Positions 18,292 through 29,046 of a DNA stretch of 64,000 nucleotides are shown piece by piece. The position numbers and the translations under genes were made by a program. Source of the stretch: Rubripirellula sp. (GTDB lineage Bacteria; Planctomycetota; Planctomycetia; Pirellulales; Pirellulaceae); contig OZ244207.1 in NCBI GenBank assembly GCA_965216875.1, positions 4,512,001-4,576,000 on the forward strand, written 5' to 3'. How positions within the stretch are numbered: the stretch's first letter is position 1; every line of letters starts with the position of its first letter. Below the pieces are notes generated by a model, which searched no databases, was not told where the DNA came from, and worked only from the letters and a program-made list of their open reading frames with translations.

Positions 18292-18801
18292 TCACGGTTT
18301 ATCAACCAGTTTGGTCGTGAGTGCTATGGCCTCGGCGAGCTTGATCGGCGTTGTGTCGAGATTCCCATCCTCTTTCAACGTGTACCAGGTCACCATTGAA
18401 TCCTCATCAATTGGCCTCAAGGCGCACTGAAACGAAAACTGGTAGTGGCCCTGGGTCCTGGTGAGAAACGCCAGGTATTTGCCTTCCTTGATCGGACGAA
18501 ACGCTGCCGACGTGCGTGGCAATGTCGAGCCGACGATCGCAATTCGACGGCCCTCAGTGACGGGTGTGTAGTCAGACTTCACCGTCTTTTTCACGACCGC
18601 TTCGGCGATCTGAATGCGAACCACATGCTCGGGATCGGTCGGAGCCTCCGTTTGCGTCACCTTCGTGACCTCCACGACGGCGATCAGTCCCGAACGTTCT
18701 TCGAGATCTTCGAGGGAGAGCAAGATCATTTGCCCCGCCCATGCCTTTGCTCCCATCGTCGCGAACAAACCACATAGTCCTGCAACCAACAAACCACGCA
18801 T
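18292..18801 (-). CDS. secreted hypothetical protein
   Basis: ATG 18801 after GGAG; signal peptide MRGLLVAG..AWA; SLEDL..SGLIAVVEV and EGKYLAFL patterns. Confidence 0.65.
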   Translation of the reverse strand: MRGLLVAGLCGLFATMGAKAWAGQMILLSLEDLEERSGLIAVVEVTKVTQTEAPTDPEHVVRIQIAEAVVKKTVKSDYTPVTEGRRIAIVGSTLPRTSAAFRPIKEGKYLAFLTRTQGHYQFSFQCALRPIDEDSMVTWYTLKEDGNLDTTPIKLAEAIALTTKLVDKP

Positions 18802-18944
18802 GTCTTGTTCTCCTCGTCCGTCTCGCGTTTCAAACGTACCTGATCGTGGAATCGGGCTTGGCCGAAATCTGCTGCATTCAGGATCACACGTTATGATGTC
18901 TTTCTCACAACGCCAACGAGCCTGACCGCAGGTTATTAGGATTG

Positions 18945-20069
18945 ATGATCGAGTTTCCTGGAAAAGCGAGCGACTTCCTGAAGATTGGCGTCGCCGCTGC
19001 AGCCAAAGGGGACGTCGACGCGGTCCGTGAAATCTTAAAAGCTCGACCGAAGTGGCTCCATCGCGTCGGGTCGCATGGCCGAACAATGCTCTGGGAGGCG
19101 AGTCACCGTGGGCGGTTGCCGATGGTCAAATACCTTGTCCGTCGCAAAGCCAATATCGATGCCTGTGGCACTCACTACACGCCCTACTTTGTCGAAATCA
19201 GTTGCTACTGCATCGCACGTTTCAAAAAGCACCAACAGGTCGCCGACTATCTGCTCGATCGGGGCGCGAGCGTCGACATCCATACGCATGCTTTCCTGGG
19301 TGATCTTGATGGAGTGAAAGCGGAACTCAAACAACGTCGCAAACGACTTGATAATGGGCATCCTCAATATGCGATGCCTCCTAAAGACTCAGGCCCCGAC
19401 TTTGTCCTCGAACCCGCATCCTGGGCCACACCGCTGTGTTATGCGCTGCGGGGTGGAAGCGTAGAAACCGTCGAGTACCTGATCCGGCGTGGCGCCCAGG
19501 TCAAAGGAATCGAACAAGCACTCTTTATCGCCGCCGACAAGAACCTGCCGATGGTCCGCGCGTTGCTTGAAGCGGGTGCCGACGCTCGTCATGCCCCGGA
19601 CGTTTATCCAGACGAAGGCGAACTCTACGAGCTTGTTTCAAGCTACGGGGCCACCACCAGCAACACACAGGCAAGCGAGGAGCTTGTCTATCTTTGCCGA
19701 GGCGATCGAGGCGGCAACTGTGCTGAAGCAGAACGCTTGCTCGCCGTTGGTGCCGATGTGAATCACCAAGATCACAAAGGAAAGACAGCACTTCATCGTG
19801 CAGCACGATCTGGTTTCGTCGACACCATGAAGATACTGATCGCCAAGGGTGCCACGGTGGACCGAACCGATCCGTCTGGAGAAACCCCACTCTTTGACGC
19901 CGTGCGTTCAACCATCAAAGCAACCGACAAGCGGGTTGCCGCCATCACCCTGCTGCTTCAGTCGGGCGCCAACCCCAATCACACCAACGGCAAAGGCGAA
20001 TCGATTGCCGACCTACTCAAGGATCCAAAACGTCCTCAACCGAAAGCAATCAAACGTCTCTTCACGTAG
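18945..20069 (+). CDS. ankyrin repeat protein
   Basis: GRTMLWEASHRGRLPMVKYLV, TPLCYALRGG, GKTALHRAARSG, GETPLFDAV. Confidence 0.92.
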   Translation: MIEFPGKASDFLKIGVAAAAKGDVDAVREILKARPKWLHRVGSHGRTMLWEASHRGRLPMVKYLVRRKANIDACGTHYTPYFVEISCYCIARFKKHQQVADYLLDRGASVDIHTHAFLGDLDGVKAELKQRRKRLDNGHPQYAMPPKDSGPDFVLEPASWATPLCYALRGGSVETVEYLIRRGAQVKGIEQALFIAADKNLPMVRALLEAGADARHAPDVYPDEGELYELVSSYGATTSNTQASEELVYLCRGDRGGNCAEAERLLAVGADVNHQDHKGKTALHRAARSGFVDTMKILIAKGATVDRTDPSGETPLFDAVRSTIKATDKRVAAITLLLQSGANPNHTNGKGESIADLLKDPKRPQPKAIKRLFT

Positions 20070-20190
20070 GTCATGCTCCGCATGACAGGGGCACTCTCGT
20101 AGGTCATGCTCCGCATGACAGGGGCACTCTCGTAGGTCATGCTCCGCATGACAGGGGCACTCTCGTAGGTCATGCTCCGCATGACAGGGG
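20066..20190 (+). repeat. tandem array of a 33-bp unit carrying a GTAG-type REP (family B)
   Basis: GTAGGTCATGCTCCGCATGACAGGGGCACTCTC starts at 20066, 20099, 20132 and (partial) 20165; hairpin GTCATGC-TCC-GCATGAC. Confidence 0.92.
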
Positions 20191-20217
20191 AGGCGACGGA
20201 AATCGAACTTGAAAAGA

Positions 20218-20279
20218 GTCGCCTCTTGCTCCGCAAAAGTTGCGTTTGCGGACGCTACTTTCGCGGAGCGAAAGGCGAC
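20218..20279. repeat. 62-bp imperfect inverted repeat (REP doublet-like)
   Basis: GTCGCCTCTTGCTCCGCAAAAGTTGCGT ... ACGCTACTTTCGCGGAGCGAAAGGCGAC, between convergent genes. Confidence 0.75.
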
Positions 20280-20312
20280 ATTCACAACCTAGGGGCAATC
20301 CGAGCGCAAGCC

Positions 20313-21596
20313 CTACCCGAATTTCAATTGTCCGCCGACGTAGGTTTGCGTGACTTGGCCGGTCAGCGTGTGACCTTGTAACGGGTTGCTAACGCAGCGC
20401 GAGCGGAACTTCGTTGGATCGACTTCCCATTGGGCATCAGGATCGATGACGGCGATGTCGGCGTTGTGACCGACCGCAAGCGTTCCACCATCGATGCCCG
20501 CGATCCTTGCCGGCGACACCGACATTCGCTGGATCACTTGCGACCAATCGAGAACACCCGAGCTGACGAGGTGTTTGACCACAATCCCAAGTGACGTTTC
20601 CAGCATCGCACCGCCGAATGGCGCGAGGTCCAAGTCGTTCATCTTCTTTTCGCGACTGCGTGGCATGTGACCACTTTGGATCGCATCGATCGTTCCGTCA
20701 GCAACGGCCGCTTGTAGGATTTCGATGTGGCGCGGACTACGCAGCGGCGGATGGACTTTGAACCGCGAATCGAACGATCGCAGTTCGTTATCGCTGAGAC
20801 AAAGGTTCTGCGGGCAAACCGAGGCGGTGACCGCGATCCCACGTGATTTCACTCGGCGAATCATATCGACAGCGCCCATCGTGCTTACGGGGCCGACATG
20901 CAAGCGTCCCGAAGTCGCTTCCGCCAATCGCACGTCACGGGCGACGGCAAGGTCTTCGGCCTCTGTCGGCAACCCTTTCAAGCCCAGCACCAGTGAAACC
21001 TGGCCATCATGCATCACGCCCGCTTCGGACAACTCGGGAACGCCGGGTCGATCAAAGATCGGTAGGTCAAACATCCGGCAATAATCGAGGGCGCGTTTGA
21101 GCAGGGCGTTATTAGGCATCGGTCGCGGCGAATCGCTAAAGGCGACCGCCCCGGCTTCGGCCAACAATCCAAGCTCCGCCATCTGTTCGGCTTCGCGACC
21201 TTTACTCAAACATCCGATGACGTGGATCCGTGCCCCGTTCGCTTTGGCCGCTTTTTGGCGCACAAACTCGACCGCACCCGGCGAATCGATCACCGGATTG
21301 GTGTTGGCACAGCAAAGGACTGACGTGAAACCACCGGCGAGTGCAGCGTCACTTCCCGATTGGATCGTTTCGTCTTCTTCTTTGCCTGGTTCACGAAACT
21401 CGGCTCCGAGGTCGACGAAACCAGGTGCAACGATTTTTCCCTGAGCGTCCACGCGAGCAACATCGGGAAGGTCGCTATCGGCGGGGTCAATTGCCGCGAC
21501 CTTGCCGTCAACCACGAGCAAGCGGGCTACCCGGTCGATCCCTTGGCTTGGATCGACCAAACGTCCACCTTCGATAAGGAGCGAATTCTCAGACAT
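20313..21596 (-). CDS. pyrC: dihydroorotase homolog lacking metal ligands (PyrC-prime-like ATCase partner)
   Basis: overall DHOase sequence (ETIQSGSDAALAGGFT, NTNPVID, FKVHPPLR), but DLGAE in place of DxHxH and SGHMP in place of TDHAP; directly downstream of pyrB. Confidence 0.85.
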   Translation of the reverse strand: MSENSLLIEGGRLVDPSQGIDRVARLLVVDGKVAAIDPADSDLPDVARVDAQGKIVAPGFVDLGAEFREPGKEEDETIQSGSDAALAGGFTSVLCCANTNPVIDSPGAVEFVRQKAAKANGARIHVIGCLSKGREAEQMAELGLLAEAGAVAFSDSPRPMPNNALLKRALDYCRMFDLPIFDRPGVPELSEAGVMHDGQVSLVLGLKGLPTEAEDLAVARDVRLAEATSGRLHVGPVSTMGAVDMIRRVKSRGIAVTASVCPQNLCLSDNELRSFDSRFKVHPPLRSPRHIEILQAAVADGTIDAIQSGHMPRSREKKMNDLDLAPFGGAMLETSLGIVVKHLVSSGVLDWSQVIQRMSVSPARIAGIDGGTLAVGHNADIAVIDPDAQWEVDPTKFRSRCVSNPLQGHTLTGQVTQTYVGGQLKFG

Positions 21597-21648
21597 CAAG
21601 TTTCGTTGGAGTTCATGGTTCATCATTCGATCGTGCTGGCGAGCGGAT

Positions 21649-22617
21649 CTACAATCCGCGGTCGCTCGCGCCCGCAAGTAACCATAGGGCTGCCATGCGA
21701 ACGGCAATCCCATTGTTGACCTGTTCCAAAATGACTGAGTGTGGGCCGTCGGCGACTTCCGGAGTGATCTCGACACCGCGGTTAATCGGACCGGGTGCCA
21801 TGATCAAAATGTCTTCTTTGGCGCGTTGCATGCGTGTCGCATTCATCGCGTACAGCGCCGCGTATTCGTGAACACTTGGAAAAGGTCGCGCACGTTGACG
21901 CTCGAATTGAATGCGGAGCAGGTTCAAAACATCACATCGAGGCAAGATGTCATCCAAACTGTGCGCCACTTCAAAGCCGAGTTCTGTCCAACGCGAGCTG
22001 ACCAACGTCGGCGGACCACACACAATGACGTGCGCCCCAAGTTTGCTGAGCCCCCAAAGGTTGGCTCGCGCCGTACGGCTGTGTTCGATGTCACCGACCA
22101 ATGCGACGGTCAGGCCGGCGATGTTTCCTCGGTGCTGACGAATTGTCAGCATGTCGAGCAGACCTTGGGTCGGGTGGTCATGCGGGCCATCACCCGCATT
22201 GAGAACGCTGCAATCCAATTCACGAGCGAGCAAATGCGGTGTGCCGGGTGTGCCGTGTCGGGTCACGACCCAATCAACACCCATTGCTTCGATCGTTTTG
22301 GCGGTGTCGACGAATGTCTCGCCTTTGGCCACGCTGCTGCCGCTGCTGCTGAATTCGACCGTGTCGGCGCCCAAGCGTTTGGCGGCGAGTGAGAAACTAT
22401 TTCGTGTTCGTGTGCTGTTTTCGAAAAAGAGATTGGCACACGTCTTGCCAGCCAGCAACGAAATCTTTTTGCGACAATTGTTGGTCGCTTCCTTGAGCTG
22501 TTGGGCGACATCAAGGATCGTCGATATTTCTTCAGCCTGCAGGCTTTCCAGATCGAGCAGGTGACGTCGTTTCCAGGTCGACGGGAACTCCGGACCTGCT
22601 TCCACCGTGTCGGACAT
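21649..22617 (-). CDS. pyrB: aspartate carbamoyltransferase catalytic subunit
   Basis: [52 protein letters not shown]. Confidence 0.96.
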   Translation of the reverse strand: MSDTVEAGPEFPSTWKRRHLLDLESLQAEEISTILDVAQQLKEATNNCRKKISLLAGKTCANLFFENSTRTRNSFSLAAKRLGADTVEFSSSGSSVAKGETFVDTAKTIEAMGVDWVVTRHGTPGTPHLLARELDCSVLNAGDGPHDHPTQGLLDMLTIRQHRGNIAGLTVALVGDIEHSRTARANLWGLSKLGAHVIVCGPPTLVSSRWTELGFEVAHSLDDILPRCDVLNLLRIQFERQRARPFPSVHEYAALYAMNATRMQRAKEDILIMAPGPINRGVEITPEVADGPHSVILEQVNNGIAVRMAALWLLAGASDRGL

Positions 22618-22713
22618 GTCGCAATCAACGTGACGGGGGATTCTTTCGTGAACGACGACCAAAATACGAGATTTCTTGATCGGCGGCGAGATGGGGGAAG
22701 CCGCCCCGCTTGG

Positions 22714-23121
22714 TCACGCTCGTTTGAATCCACAAAGAAACAGGCACACCCAAGCGGCAATCAAACAAGAACCGCCAATCGGTGCGACGGCACCAAACTT
22801 TGTGATTCCCGTAACCACCAGTGCATACAGGCTGCCGCTGAAGAAAACGATCCCTGCCACAAATAGCCACAGGGCTATTTTGCGCAACCGGTCGGTACCA
22901 ACCGGCAATGCCGCCAAACCGAGCAGGGCCAGCGTGTGATAGAGGTGGTATTTGACGCCCGTATCAAACTGATCGAGTCGCTTGGTGACCAGCTCGGCGT
23001 CGGCCCCGCTGGACTCGAGAAAGTGATCGAGTCCGTGTGCGCCAAAGGATCCGAGCATGACGGCCAGAGCACCGGAGATCCCGGCCACCATCACGATTCG
23101 TCGGGTGAGATTTTCGTTCAC
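22714..23121 (-). CDS. DUF423 family membrane protein
   Basis: AVMLGSFGAHGL, TGVKYHLYH, GIVFFSGSLY, GAVAPIGG. Confidence 0.92.
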   Translation of the reverse strand: MNENLTRRIVMVAGISGALAVMLGSFGAHGLDHFLESSGADAELVTKRLDQFDTGVKYHLYHTLALLGLAALPVGTDRLRKIALWLFVAGIVFFSGSLYALVVTGITKFGAVAPIGGSCLIAAWVCLFLCGFKRA

Positions 23122-23570
23122 GAAGTGAGCAATTTCGAAACGGCGTCAATCAAGCGATCCATCGCAAAGGGTTTGCGAATGTAGTCACTCACGCCAAGCA
23201 ATTCGGCGTACGCTTTGTGCCGACTTCCTTCGTTTCCTGTGATCATGATGACCGGTACTGGTTCATCGCGAACACGACGGAGCTTTTCGAGGACCAAAAA
23301 GCCGCTTCGCTTGGGCATCATCATGTCGAGAATGACAAGGTCCGGGTTCTCGCGTTCGAACAGGGCAAGACCCTGGTTGCCATCGCGAGCAATGACGACT
23401 TCATGCCCCTCACCTTCCATCGCGTAACGAACCGATTCGATGATTTCAAAATCATCATCGACGACCAAGATTTTCTTGCCGCTCGATTCCTTCACCCGTT
23501 TGGTGGCAGCCTTTTCGTCCTGTTTGGATTCGGGACCGTTGGATTCGTCGTCCGTCATTGTCACTCGCAC
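23118..23570 (-). CDS. single-domain response regulator (receiver only)
   Basis: ILVVDDD, PDLVILDMMMP, VIMITG, DYIRKPF; no output domain; start may be 23558. Confidence 0.92.
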   Translation of the reverse strand: MRVTMTDDESNGPESKQDEKAATKRVKESSGKKILVVDDDFEIIESVRYAMEGEGHEVVIARDGNQGLALFERENPDLVILDMMMPKRSGFLVLEKLRRVRDEPVPVIMITGNEGSRHKAYAELLGVSDYIRKPFAMDRLIDAVSKLLTS

Positions 23571-23778
23571 TTACTGCGTGAAATTCCTGCGTGAGGGCAG
23601 CAGCCAGTTGTGGATCCCAGCTACTGCGTTTCAGTGTAACGCAGTGACGACTCGGCGTCCGCCCGAGAACGCGAAAAAGACTTCGAGCGTGTGAGACGCC
23701 CCTCGTGAGCAGCCCGTCGTGAGTCCTCGGGCGTTGCCCCTCGTGCGCGAGCGTTAGCCCGAGGACATTATCGCTGAA

Positions 23779-23807
23779 GGCCCGTCCGCTTACGCGATCA
23801 CGGCTCA
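23779..23807 (+). repeat. GGCCCG...CGGCTCA repeat (family E)
   Basis: GGCCCGTCCGCTTACGCGATCACGGCTCA, close to 55164-55192. Confidence 0.6.
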
Positions 23808-23833
23808 AGGGCCTGCAAAAAAAAAGCGAGTGT

Positions 23834-24730
23834 TTAGTTTGCCGAATAGGCGGTTGGACTCGAAGCCCAGCGTTCGGCAGCGACGCTCGATTGATTCGAG
23901 ACAACGTGTCGCATGATCCACTCGTTAACGTCCCTAAGAACGACGGTGTCCATCTCGTCATCAGCGGGGTACTGCCGAACCTCGACGCGCGCCTTGATCA
24001 TCATCGCTTGACGCAAATCTTCGTTCAGCGCGTCGTGGCGAAATCGTGGATTGTCCGTTCCCCAGGACCACAACATTCGCAGTGGGTTGGCACGCAAGTG
24101 GGACAGCTGGCCAAACACACTTCGCCCTCGCGGCAGCCGTGCGCCGAGAGCGACCACACCCGCAAAACGCTCGGGTTGGCGCATTGCGATGCGCAGTGCC
24201 ATCGATCCGCCGCTGCCATAACCGGCAAGCACGATTCTCTGGGAGTGAATCGAAAACTGCTCGACCGCCTCGTCGATCGTTTCGATGACGGCATGATGAG
24301 CCGCTTGGATCGCTGCGGGGCTGGTCGGCCAATCAAACCGATGGCCCGCCGAATCGGCTGCGCGCACGCCGCGAATGCCTGCGGCAACGTAGTTTCGAAC
24401 GCTGATGTGCGGCATCACATGATCGACCTGGTTCTCGTTGAACCCGTCGCTGTGCAACCAAACGACCAACGGATAGTTGTAATTTGGCTCGTAGTGAAGC
24501 GGCAGAAAATAGTTTCGGTGTGGCGAAAGTTGGGACCACTCCGACGACGTCGCATCGTCGGGTTGCCAGGGCTGATCAACGTCATCGCCGCTGTAGTCGC
24601 TGGCAATGTCGCCTAACCAGGAGGAAGCAAAATCATCTTCCGATGATGATTCTGATTCACATTGAGATGAATCAGAGGAAGGATTGTTTGAGGGCTCATT
24701 CCATGACATCGACGAGTGAAAACGACTCAT
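23834..24730 (-). CDS. alpha/beta hydrolase fold protein (phospholipase/carboxylesterase-like), catalytic motif degenerate
   Basis: FLPLHYEPNYNYPLVVWLH, RIVLAGYGSGG, PERFAGVVALG; acidic Ser-rich N-terminus; start uncertain. Confidence 0.75.
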   Translation of the reverse strand: MSRFHSSMSWNEPSNNPSSDSSQCESESSSEDDFASSWLGDIASDYSGDDVDQPWQPDDATSSEWSQLSPHRNYFLPLHYEPNYNYPLVVWLHSDGFNENQVDHVMPHISVRNYVAAGIRGVRAADSAGHRFDWPTSPAAIQAAHHAVIETIDEAVEQFSIHSQRIVLAGYGSGGSMALRIAMRQPERFAGVVALGARLPRGRSVFGQLSHLRANPLRMLWSWGTDNPRFRHDALNEDLRQAMMIKARVEVRQYPADDEMDTVVLRDVNEWIMRHVVSNQSSVAAERWASSPTAYSAN

Positions 24731-25030
24731 GGCTCTCGGTATTGCGGGGAAGGATAAGGGTCTGGCCCGATGAATCCACCAGGCTGTCAGTCCCTGCCGC
24801 CACAGGAACATGAACGAATCAACGCTGAAAAACGTACGTCCGGCTGTGGACCGGTGTCAACGCTGAAGTCACTTTTCCAACGTCGGTTTTGGGAATTCGC
24901 ATCCAGTCGGCGGGTAGCCGAAGTGCACCCCAGTGAGCCACCAGCGCGCCGGTTAGGCTCACAAAACACAAGCTCTTAGGTTGCGAGCGATTGCCAGCAA
25001 CCGTTTGTCCTCCCGCCTTTCGGCGGACGA

Positions 25031-26050
<1,020 letters not shown>

Positions 26051-26185
26051 TCAGGCAAATATGCCGCCTCGAAAAAGACCTTTCCGATTCGTTAGCCGGA
26101 TATCGTCTCGGATCACGCGCGTCGGTCAAGTGGACGCGACAGGGGATCTTGGCGTGCCCGGCCGTCGATGCGTCAAAACGTCGCC

Positions 26186-27520
26186 CTAGCTGGGCAGCTG
26201 GACGTTTTCGGCTTCCGACTCACGGCGTTTTTTGCGGATCTCATCGTCGCGCCTCGCCTCATTTCGGTTCCAGGCCCAAATCGCAAGGATCGCGACCAAG
26301 ACGGCCAGCGCCGCGACCCAACCAATCACGTTCACACCGGCCGGGTCTTTCTCGGTTGATTCGAGATTCGAAAAACGCGATGCAACCAGCAGTGGGCCAA
26401 ACTGTTCGCCGCCGCCATGTTGCCGCATGAAATCTGTGGAATAGCTCCAGAGTCGATAGAAAAAACCGTCGATGCTGATTTGCATCCGCACTTCCGAGAC
26501 CATCGCATCACCACCTTCTTTGCGACGGATCTCGTCGCTCAAAAACGCCGGCAATTCGGCACAGACAAGCGAAACAGGAAATCGATTAACAAACTTCGCC
26601 GGCTCGCCGTCCTCCGAGGCAGGTTCAATTTGGACGATCAGGTCGCCGAGATCACCAAACGCGTCGATCTGGTAATAGTGGTCGTTGCCGATGACTTTCT
26701 GGCGTTCAGGATCGGTCACCGCAACGCGTGTCACTTGGGCCGTTTCCAAAGACAATTGAACCCATCGACCGGCGTAGGCATCGGCTTCTTTCAAAAGCGT
26801 TACCGGCTCGATCGACTTGGGCGGCGCAAGATCACTTTGGCCCGCGAGGTTCTTTGCCGCGGCAATCATGCCGTAAAACGCGTCACCATCGGCCGCAACG
26901 AGTGGCATCTTGCTGCGGCTTGCAATGGTCGACAACAAGCTGACATCGACTCCTTGTTGACTGAGCATTTGCCAGCCAACACTCGGAGCCATCTGGGGAA
27001 ACCAAGACACACTTCCCGCGGCAAGAACGGTTTGCTTGATTCCAGCGGACGCATCGGCAGGCTGCACCAACATCGCCGTCGCGTTGACGCGGTCACCCAC
27101 CTTCGCCTGCAGCGGCAAATCGGTTGTGATGATTCGCACTGCAGTTTCATCATGCGTCAGATCAATCACCTGCATGCGATTCATGTCCAAGAATTCGATC
27201 AGTCGAGGCGGCACACTGAGATTGGCGACCGCCGTCACTTCCCCGCCTAATTCCACAACTTCGCCAACCGCCGGAGCAGGCCACGGACCGACAGCTTGTT
27301 TCAGCAGTCGTCGATCGACTTGCCGCAGCTTGAAAACAAGTTTCGACAGATCCTCGACTGCTTCGGTTGTTCGCGGCGGATAAACCGATTGCACTCGAGC
27401 TTCATCAAACCCCGTCATCAAGGGCAATGCAGAATCGGCAGCTCCAAACGTCGACGTCACCACCAGGCACAACACCACCGCCCCAAGACGGCTCGCCCAT
27501 AACTTGCCTTGCAACATCAC
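26186..27520 (-). CDS. hypothetical exported protein with C-terminal membrane anchor
   Basis: signal peptide, C-terminal TM helix and basic tail; shares motifs with 27560-28870. Confidence 0.75.
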   Translation of the reverse strand: MMLQGKLWASRLGAVVLCLVVTSTFGAADSALPLMTGFDEARVQSVYPPRTTEAVEDLSKLVFKLRQVDRRLLKQAVGPWPAPAVGEVVELGGEVTAVANLSVPPRLIEFLDMNRMQVIDLTHDETAVRIITTDLPLQAKVGDRVNATAMLVQPADASAGIKQTVLAAGSVSWFPQMAPSVGWQMLSQQGVDVSLLSTIASRSKMPLVAADGDAFYGMIAAAKNLAGQSDLAPPKSIEPVTLLKEADAYAGRWVQLSLETAQVTRVAVTDPERQKVIGNDHYYQIDAFGDLGDLIVQIEPASEDGEPAKFVNRFPVSLVCAELPAFLSDEIRRKEGGDAMVSEVRMQISIDGFFYRLWSYSTDFMRQHGGGEQFGPLLVASRFSNLESTEKDPAGVNVIGWVAALAVLVAILAIWAWNRNEARRDDEIRKKRRESEAENVQLPS

Positions 27521-27559
27521 TCTGTTTGATCTCCGAATCTCATTCGTTGCAAAAATGTG

Positions 27560-28870
27560 TCAGTCACTCGCAGCATCGCTGTCGGAAGATGCATCGAGCG
27601 TTTGCAAAAACTCAGTCGGCGTTTGGCGATGCGCCGAACGCAGTAGCCGAGTCCGCTTGGCCATCACAGAAGTACGCCACATCGCAACCGCGGCGATCGC
27701 GACACCCAAGATGGTCGCGATCAACATCAGCAGTGCAAGCCGTGACGATTGCCCATCGGAGGCACTCGCTTGTTGCAATTGCTCAGCACTCACTGGGACG
27801 AGTATCAACCGGCCGACCACCACCGGCGCGAGGTCGGCACCCACCTCATTGCGAAAGGCCAGTCGCTTGAGGAACCGGCCCACCAAGGTGATTTGCGGCC
27901 CCTCGTCGAGCGAGGAATCCTCACCAACCTCGGCAACGATTTCAGGCACATCCGGGACGATCGCAAGGATCGGGCGCTGCGCGCCCTCGTCAGGTCTCAA
28001 CCACAGGTGCCAGTACTGCTGGATGCCGAACGCGTTGTCCCGAGCCTCGATACGCTCTGCTCTAGCGACCGATCCGGCCAACGTCACCATGCGCGTCCGG
28101 TAAACATCGGGCTGCTGCAGCAAAGGCACGACGGCGGAAGCGGCAACGTTGTCGGCGGAAAGGAAGGGGGCCTGATCAAGGTATCGGTACATCGACGCGG
28201 CATCGCCGGAACGCCAAACGGTTCCGTCAACAACCTCCGCTGCTGACAAACGGTCCAATTCCGCAAGCCAAGCTTTGGCCGCCGCAAGCAACGCCGCGTC
28301 AGGTTCGGGCATCTCGTTGTCCAACACCGCTTTGCTGATCGCATCCAAGAGCTCAATCCAGACTTGGCGTCTTGGCGATCCGATTTCGGCGAGTTGGGTA
28401 TCGTCACCGAGAACCTGTGTGATCTCGTCAACTGTGGATGGGATTTCTTGAACGCGACGGCCAGTGGTCCATCGCGCCAGCACCACCACCCAAAGCCTGC
28501 GGTCCGAAGGCAGCAGCGATTCCGTAACGGCTGCGGCGACTTTGCGGTCTTCGGGGTCGTGCACATCGGCATCAAGATCTTTCTGATGCACCCTTCCGAA
28601 TGCGATTTGCGAATTGGGATCGCTCGACTGGCCCTGCATCCCCCCCGCCACCAACTGGGTGGATGGCACTTTTTGAGAGTTTGAGGGGCTAAAAAAAGTT
28701 TGATAGATCGCGGGGTTGGACGCCTGCTTCATCACCACGAACACCAGCGCCAAACCGAGCACAAGACGCAAGAGCCGCCGATTCGTCTCGAGCGTCTCAC
28801 CGCGTTTTGGGCGGCGTCCATACAGGTTATCGTCGTTAAATTGTGATGGAATGCGCATCATGCAGGCCAA
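27560..28870 (-). CDS. hypothetical membrane protein (N- and C-terminal TM helices)
   Basis: RRLLRLVLGLALVFVVM N-terminal TM; LLQQPDVYRTRMVTLAG; C-terminal TM; start uncertain by a few codons. Confidence 0.75.
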   Translation of the reverse strand: MACMMRIPSQFNDDNLYGRRPKRGETLETNRRLLRLVLGLALVFVVMKQASNPAIYQTFFSPSNSQKVPSTQLVAGGMQGQSSDPNSQIAFGRVHQKDLDADVHDPEDRKVAAAVTESLLPSDRRLWVVVLARWTTGRRVQEIPSTVDEITQVLGDDTQLAEIGSPRRQVWIELLDAISKAVLDNEMPEPDAALLAAAKAWLAELDRLSAAEVVDGTVWRSGDAASMYRYLDQAPFLSADNVAASAVVPLLQQPDVYRTRMVTLAGSVARAERIEARDNAFGIQQYWHLWLRPDEGAQRPILAIVPDVPEIVAEVGEDSSLDEGPQITLVGRFLKRLAFRNEVGADLAPVVVGRLILVPVSAEQLQQASASDGQSSRLALLMLIATILGVAIAAVAMWRTSVMAKRTRLLRSAHRQTPTEFLQTLDASSDSDAASD

Positions 28871-29046
28871 AGGCTTTGCTTTGACAAAACAAGGGTTGTC
28901 ACTTTACTCTAGAGTTGGTGGTCAAACTCCAGAGATGGTGGCCAGGTGTCCGCAAAGAGCCGATAAGATGGCTCTCCCCCTCCCAGTGTAATGCAACGGG
29001 CACTAAAACCGACGCGCCACTCTTTTCCCATCCTCGGAAGACAACG

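Noticed and set aside
20066..20190. CRISPR array
   Set aside because: The 12-bp linkers are identical rather than unique spacers, the period is only 33 bp, and no cas genes are present
20013..20285. ORFs with repeated CPCHAEHDLRE or VMRSMTYESAP peptides
   Set aside because: These are translations of the 33-bp DNA repeat, antisense to or overlapping real genes
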